Part shown: positions 26,710 to 32,000 of the stretch, one piece after another
Layout: each line of letters starts with the position of its first letter
Numbering within the stretch: position 1 is the stretch's first letter
Origin: Candidatus Pacearchaeota archaeon
GTDB lineage: Archaea > Nanobdellota > Nanobdellia > Pacearchaeales > UBA284
Length of the DNA: 32,000 nucleotides
Reading direction: 5' to 3'
Assembly (NCBI GenBank): GCA_026016245.1
Contig: CP061211.1
Span: 630,001 to 662,000, forward strand
Made by a program: the position numbers and the translations under genes
Notes under the pieces: generated by a model
Seen by the model: the letters and a program-made list of their open reading frames with translations, nothing else
Databases searched by the model: none
What the model was told of the DNA's origin: nothing

Positions 26710-26733
26710 ATCAACCGAAGACTTCACAAAACC
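26710..26733 (-). repeat. Right terminal inverted repeat (24 bp)
   Basis: ATCAACCGAAGACTTCACAAAACC; perfect reverse complement of 22516-22539. Confidence 0.97.
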
Positions 26734-26811
26734 CTATGACGAAAGATTTATAAAAGAAAGGTTATAATCAAACATATTGGTTATGAAATAATCATTATAG
26801 GCTAAGGGAAA

Positions 26812-27081
26812 ATGATTAAGAATGCTTTTAATACATTTTTTAGAAAGAAACCTGCCCTAATTCTTATTGCTCTACGCAAAGGTTCTCGAGCAAGATACGG
26901 AAGTTTGTTAGCAAAGGAAGTTGATTGTACATATAGTCATGCAGTAAAGATCTTACAAAGCTTAGAGAAATTTGGATTAGTTGCTTTTGAAAAGAAAGGA
27001 CGTATTAAGTTGATAAAATTGACAGACAAGGGACAGGAAGTAGCAAATAATATCCAGAAAATTAAGGATCAGTTTAGCTAA
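26812..27081 (+). CDS. MarR-like winged-helix transcriptional regulator
   Basis: ARYGSLLAKEVDCTYSHAVKILQSLEKFGLVAFEKKGRIKLIKLTDKGQEVA. Confidence 0.8.
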   Translation: MIKNAFNTFFRKKPALILIALRKGSRARYGSLLAKEVDCTYSHAVKILQSLEKFGLVAFEKKGRIKLIKLTDKGQEVANNIQKIKDQFS

Positions 27082-27677
27082 GATCTACCGCGACTTTCAC
27101 CCAAGACTACCCCAGAAGCAATAAGGTGCGCAATTCTTATTGGCTCTGGCATTATTGCATGCGTTGCACTTATTCTTATAATTTCTCTTACTTGTTTTTC
27201 TGATATTCCTGCTGTTTGAAAATATAAATTTTTGTTCTTTAATCTTAATTTATAGATCTTGCCAGCTTTTTCCATCAATTTTAATTTTTTCCTCCATGTT
27301 TTTTTATTAGCTTTTCTCAATGCCCTTTCTATTTTTTTGAAATTTGGTTTTCTTCTGATAATTACAATGACTGGAAGTTTAGTTTTTTTGTTTAGTTTTT
27401 GAATATCTATAACATTAAAACCAGCAAGAGCAATGCCATCTATCATTATGCATTGCAACTGTCCGATGTGTTTTGTTTTTCTTATTATTTTTGTGAGTTT
27501 TGTTGTAGAATCTATTCCATCCACTTTTACTTTTGTTGAAAGCAGGCCATCCATATAATGACCTCCACGAAAAACTGTGGCTATAACTAAACATTCTTTA
27601 TCCCTAAATTTATTAAATGGACCATCATCTATTCCAAGAATGCGAAGCTCTTTTTTAATGTATTCTCTCTCTTTCAT
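27078..27677 (-). CDS. DUF99 family protein (endonuclease V-related fold)
   Basis: LRILGIDDGPFNKF...ATVFRGGHYMDGLLSTKVKVDGIDST...IMIDGIALAGFNVIDIQKL...PVIVIIRRKPN...SATHAIMPEPIRIAHLIASG. Confidence 0.9.
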   Translation of the reverse strand: MKEREYIKKELRILGIDDGPFNKFRDKECLVIATVFRGGHYMDGLLSTKVKVDGIDSTTKLTKIIRKTKHIGQLQCIMIDGIALAGFNVIDIQKLNKKTKLPVIVIIRRKPNFKKIERALRKANKKTWRKKLKLMEKAGKIYKLRLKNKNLYFQTAGISEKQVREIIRISATHAIMPEPIRIAHLIASGVVLGESRGRS

Positions 27678-27780
27678 GATAGATGTTTAAACAAGTATAA
27701 ATATTTAAAATCTGCTATTAAGAATCAAAAAAATTTAAAAGGTTGAAAGAATTAAAAGAAAAGTAAAAAGGTAAGGGAAA

Positions 27781-29280
27781 ATGCTCAACAAAACAATAAA
27801 GCCCATAGCTAGCTTAATTCAGAATAAAACAATTGGTAAGCCTGTTACTAATTTACTTTTTTCTTTACTCGCAATATATCTTTCTAAAGAGCATTATAAA
27901 GAGAAACTTAAAAGAAACTTAAGAAGTAAATTTGGAAAAAAAGATTTTCCTGAAAAAGTATGGAATGATATCTCCATAGCTCTTCTTTCCATGATCAAGA
28001 GTGTGAAAAGAACATATGATAGAAATATTTCTCCTAAAATTATTTCAAAGATAAGCTCTATTTTACCAGTCTTGATTGCAAAAGGCACACAGGTAAGATT
28101 GGAAATTGCTAAAAAGTATGGTTATTCTTCAACTCCAGCATTTGTTATGGTAAGCCCAACAAACATATGCAATCTTAAATGCTTAGGATGTTATGCAGGA
28201 GAAAATTATAATAAACATATTCTTGATTTTGATATTTTTGATTGGATTATAAATGAAATGAAAGAAAAACTTGCTACTAGATTCTTTGTAATATCAGGAG
28301 GAGAACCTTTTGCATATAGAAGTAAAGGTAAAACTATTTTGGATATTTTTGCAAAACACAATGATTGCTTCTTTCTTGTTTTTACAAATGGAACTCTGAT
28401 TACAAAAAAAATCGTAGCAAAGCTCGGGAAGTTGGGAAATGTCACGCCAGCTATAAGTATTGAGGGTTTTAAAGAAGAAACAGATGCAAGGAGAGGGGAA
28501 GGGGTTTATGATAAGATTATTGATACAATGAAAAATCTTCGTGAAAAAGGCATTATTTTTGGAATTTCTACTACCCCTATGAAACATAATGCAAATCTTT
28601 TGCTTAGTGATGATTTCATTAAGTTTTGGTTTGATGAACAAGGCATAACTTATGGATGGTATTTTCAGTACATGCCTATAGGCCGTAATCCAAGAACAGA
28701 CTTGCTTGTTACCCCAGAACAACGGGCGAGAATGTGGAAAAAAGCCTGGCAACATGTTAGAAATGGTTATTTTATTGCAGATTTCTGGAATTGTGGTACG
28801 ATGAGTCGTGGTTGTATTTCAGCTGCTAAGGATGGTGGTTATTTTCATATTTTGTGGAATGGAGATATAACCCCTTGTGGTTTTATTCCTTTTAAAGACA
28901 AGAATAAAAAATTGAATAATGTTTATTCTCTAAGGAAAAATAAAAAAAGTATTGTTGATGCAATAAATTCTCCTTTATTCAAAGAAATAAGGGAATGGCA
29001 AAGAAGACAACAAGAACATGCAAAAGGTAAGAAATGTAGGAAATGTAAAGGTTATGGTTGTGGTAATTTATTAATGCCTTGTCCTATTCGTGATAATTCT
29101 TTAGAGTTTGACCAGATATTGAAAAAAACCAAAGCACTTCCTTTTGATGAAGGTGCTGTCAATTATAAGAAATTAATCAGAAAGGGAATCATGCCTTCTT
29201 ATAATGATTCATGTAGAGAAAAAATGGATTTCTTATGGAGAGAATACTATATAAACAACCACTCAAAACGAAAACTTTAA
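27781..29280 (+). CDS. Radical SAM protein with C-terminal SPASM-like Cys cluster
   Basis: CNLKCLGCYAG (CxxxCxxC), SGGEPF; additional C-terminal cysteines CRKCKGYGCGN...MPCPIRDN. Confidence 0.9.
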   Translation: MLNKTIKPIASLIQNKTIGKPVTNLLFSLLAIYLSKEHYKEKLKRNLRSKFGKKDFPEKVWNDISIALLSMIKSVKRTYDRNISPKIISKISSILPVLIAKGTQVRLEIAKKYGYSSTPAFVMVSPTNICNLKCLGCYAGENYNKHILDFDIFDWIINEMKEKLATRFFVISGGEPFAYRSKGKTILDIFAKHNDCFFLVFTNGTLITKKIVAKLGKLGNVTPAISIEGFKEETDARRGEGVYDKIIDTMKNLREKGIIFGISTTPMKHNANLLLSDDFIKFWFDEQGITYGWYFQYMPIGRNPRTDLLVTPEQRARMWKKAWQHVRNGYFIADFWNCGTMSRGCISAAKDGGYFHILWNGDITPCGFIPFKDKNKKLNNVYSLRKNKKSIVDAINSPLFKEIREWQRRQQEHAKGKKCRKCKGYGCGNLLMPCPIRDNSLEFDQILKKTKALPFDEGAVNYKKLIRKGIMPSYNDSCREKMDFLWREYYINNHSKRKL

Positions 29281-29330
29281 AAAGTAGTATTAACTCTTAA
29301 ATAATAACAAATACAAAGGCTAAAGGGAAA

Positions 29331-31226
29331 ATGAAACTGTCTACAAAACTTATTTTTTTGGGAGTATTAGTAGCAGTTATACTGTCAATATCTTTGATTG
29401 GAGCAGCAATAACTAGTATTACTCTTGTTTCTCCTGAAGAAGATGCTTGGGTTAATAATGTTGGCCCACAGTTTACTTTTAGGGCTATAAGTAATGTAGA
29501 CCCAACATTTTCTTGTAGTTTGTTTGTTGATGGTATAAATCATGCAACAAATGGTTCTGTCATGAATAATACTGATACTATAATAATACTTATGTTTCCT
29601 TTGAGCCAAGGCAGTCATGATTGGTATATTACTTGCGTTGATAGTGACCTACCAATATTCATTAGCGAAACAAGAACAATTAATATTGACACTGAAGATC
29701 CTATTGTTACTTTACTAGAGCCTGATAATGGTGATATATTCAAGACAAGAGAGATTGATTTTCAGTTTAAAGTAACAGATAATTTTGATAACCAACTTTT
29801 TTGTGAACTTTATATTGATGGTGATCTAGAAGATGATGGCAATGTTAACAATGGTAGTACTGCCACTTGGACAATAAGTGGCTTGTCAAGAGATACTCAT
29901 GACTGGTATGTAACTTGCGAGGATGAGGCTGGAAATACTGGTACAAGTTCAACATGGAATTTTGAAATTGAAGAAATAGGTTATTGTAAATATGGTGAAC
30001 AAGGAACATATCTTGACATAACTCTTGAAGAGCCAGATGATGGTGATGATTTTAATATTGGTGATGAGATTGAAGTTAAGGTAGAAATAGAAAATGATGG
30101 TAATGAAGACTTAGATATTGTTGTTGAGGCAGAACTTTATGATTTAGATGATGAAGATACTATAGTTGATGAGGAATATGAGACTGAAATAGAAGAAGAT
30201 GAGTCAATAACAGTTACATTAAAATTAAAGATTCCTTCTTCAGTTGATGAGGATAATGATTTTGTTGTTAATATTAAGGTTTATGAGGATGGAGAAGAAG
30301 ACGAGCAATGTAAAGAAGATTCTATTGAGGTTGATATAGAAAGAAAGAAACATGATATAACAATAAGAGATATTTCTTTGAGTACAGATACAGCTGCTTG
30401 TGGTGATTCTTTCAATCTTTATTTGAGTATTGAGAATAATGGTGCTGAGGATGAGGATGTGAAAATAACTGTTTATAATTCTGTCTTGGACATAGATTTT
30501 GAGAGAACTCTTTCCTTGGATGAAGGTGAGGATTATACTACAAACATTTTATTTGATGTACCTTTAGATATACAAGAAGGAAACTATTTGATAGATATTA
30601 GAGTTTATTATGATTATTATGATAACAGCTATCATGAATCAGCATCAGAGGACTTACAATTAAAAGTTGAGGGTAATTGTCTACCTCCGTCTATGTCTGA
30701 TGTTTCTCTGATTCTATCACAAACAGGAGATGTTTTTGCAAATTATGGGTTTAGAACAAAAGTTACTATAACAAATACAGGAAATCTCAGAACTACTTAC
30801 AATATAGATGTTTCTGGATATGAAAATTGGGCAACTGTATCAAGTCTAAGTCCTGATACATTAACACTTGATGCTGGCGATGTTGGTTATGTTTATGTTA
30901 CATTAAAGCCTTCTGAAGAGGCTTATGGAATGTATGATTTCAAAGTGAAGGTTAGTTTTGATGGTAAGACAGAAGAGCAGAGCATGAGTGTTAATGTTAA
31001 GCGTAGATCAGAGGCTGCAGCTACATGGGATCAACTATGGTTTGAAATCAACAGATACTGGCACTGGGCATTAATCAATCTAGCTCTTATTGCGGCAATC
31101 ATTATTTTAATAATCTGTTTAGTAAAATCAAAAAGATCAAAAACAAAACCAAAAGCAACAGAGATCAGATTAAGATCATTTCAACCTGAGTGGAAACCAA
31201 AAAAAGCAGGAAGAAAAAGGAGATAA
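29331..31226 (+). CDS. Secreted, membrane-anchored protein with CARDB/Ig-like domains
   Basis: N-terminal signal-like FLGVLVAVILSISLIGA, CARDB-like blocks (IGDEIEVKVEIENDGNEDLDIVVEAELYDLDDED), C-terminal TM ALINLALIAAIIILIICLV. Confidence 0.8.
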   Translation: MKLSTKLIFLGVLVAVILSISLIGAAITSITLVSPEEDAWVNNVGPQFTFRAISNVDPTFSCSLFVDGINHATNGSVMNNTDTIIILMFPLSQGSHDWYITCVDSDLPIFISETRTINIDTEDPIVTLLEPDNGDIFKTREIDFQFKVTDNFDNQLFCELYIDGDLEDDGNVNNGSTATWTISGLSRDTHDWYVTCEDEAGNTGTSSTWNFEIEEIGYCKYGEQGTYLDITLEEPDDGDDFNIGDEIEVKVEIENDGNEDLDIVVEAELYDLDDEDTIVDEEYETEIEEDESITVTLKLKIPSSVDEDNDFVVNIKVYEDGEEDEQCKEDSIEVDIERKKHDITIRDISLSTDTAACGDSFNLYLSIENNGAEDEDVKITVYNSVLDIDFERTLSLDEGEDYTTNILFDVPLDIQEGNYLIDIRVYYDYYDNSYHESASEDLQLKVEGNCLPPSMSDVSLILSQTGDVFANYGFRTKVTITNTGNLRTTYNIDVSGYENWATVSSLSPDTLTLDAGDVGYVYVTLKPSEEAYGMYDFKVKVSFDGKTEEQSMSVNVKRRSEAAATWDQLWFEINRYWHWALINLALIAAIIILIICLVKSKRSKTKPKATEIRLRSFQPEWKPKKAGRKRR

Positions 31227-31283
31227 GGAGAAGATAAAAGAGATAAAGTAAGTTTTATAAAACTTAGGCTTCTTGTTCTGTTA

Positions 31284-32000
31284 TGAATAAAAAAGAAGTA
31301 GATTTAGAGGATTTGTTGTTAAGTTTAAGCCCGCTTGAGAGAACTATACTGCCTTTATTACACTTAAGCAGCGTAGATAAAATATCTGAGCAAGGAAAAC
31401 TTGATATGATAAGCCTAAATAGAGCTTTTCAGTTTCTTGGCAATAAAAATCTAATTAAGTTAAGCAAAGAAAAGAGGAAATTTGTTAAGATTGATACTAA
31501 TGGAATTCTTTATCTAAAAAAAGGATTGCCAGAAAGGAGACTTTTAAGTCTGCTTTTTGATATAAAGAAAATTGGTCTTGGAGATGCTAAAAAAAGATCT
31601 GGTTTGAGTGATAATGAATTTGCTATTGCTTTAGGAGTTTTGAAAGAAAAAAAGTTTGTTGAGGTAATTACTGGGAGCATCAATTTAAAAGTGTCTAAAG
31701 AGGAAGCAACAAAAAAATTCCCAGAAGAAAAATTTCTTGAAAGCCTGCCTCTTGAATTAGAAAAGTTGAATGAAAAAGAGAAAAATATCTTCCAAAAACT
31801 AAAAACTAGAAAGGATCTTGTAAGAATCGATGAAATTTCTAAAATTAGTTTTGAGATAACAGAGCTTGGCAAAAAAGTTATTGATGAGTTGCCTAAATTT
31901 AAGAAAGAGTTGATAGAGCAGCTTAGTTCTGATATGATAAAGAAAGGGACATGGAGGGGAAAGGTATTTAGAAAGTATGATATTAAAAGTAGGGCACCAG
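31284..32000 (+). CDS. pheS: Phenylalanyl-tRNA synthetase alpha subunit (N-terminal part, truncated by window end)
   Basis: Hand translation MNKKEVDLEDLLLSLSPLERTILPLL...LSSDMIKKGTWRGKVFRKYDIKSRAP, archaeal PheS N-terminal wHTH region and start of core. Confidence 0.85.

Larger units (their letters stand above)
22516..26733. mobile_element. 4,218-bp TIR-bounded cargo-carrying insertion element (candidate transporter IS)
   Basis: Perfect 24-bp inverted repeat GGTTTTGTGAAGTCTTCGGTTGAT (22516-22539) / ATCAACCGAAGACTTCACAAAACC (26710-26733) enclosing a DDE transposase and accessory ORFs. Confidence 0.8.

Noticed and set aside
22508-26741. 8-bp target-site duplication around the TIR element
   Set aside because: Left flank ctattttt and right flank ctatgacg match at only 4 of 8 positions, so this is not claimed as a TSD.
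28206-28755. Minus-strand ORFs 28206..28445 and 28294..28755 within the radical SAM gene
   Set aside because: Antisense to a CxxxCxxC radical SAM CDS; the cysteine-rich look is chance.

Overview
Archaeal chromosomal window, probably DPANN/Woesearchaeota-like (inferred from AT-rich sequence, small K[AG]Q-type secreted proteins and gene content). The conserved core is psmA, SBDS, rrp4, rrp41, rrp42, rpoK, a divergent enolase, pcm, iorA, DUF523 and iorB on the + strand. Also present: an S-layer-type protein gene, a NosD-like beta-helix surface protein, one tRNA-Ser(TGA), a DUF99 protein, a radical SAM protein, a CARDB-like surface protein and a truncated pheS. Two wHTH-MNT/HEPN toxin-antitoxin-like pairs are present. 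One of them is flanked by a perfect 38-bp direct repeat inside a cluster of pilin-like genes. The strongest accessory observation is a 4,218-bp segment (22516..26733) bounded by a perfect 24-bp terminal inverted repeat. It carries a zinc-finger DDE transposase plus passengers: a fused nuclease-methylase-specificity (Type IIG-like) restriction protein, a 47-aa zinc-ribbon ORF and a 48-aa Cys-rich ORF (both absent from the ORF track), and a HELTH-motif SprT-like protein. I propose it as a cargo-carrying IS (transporter IS). No CRISPR array was seen.
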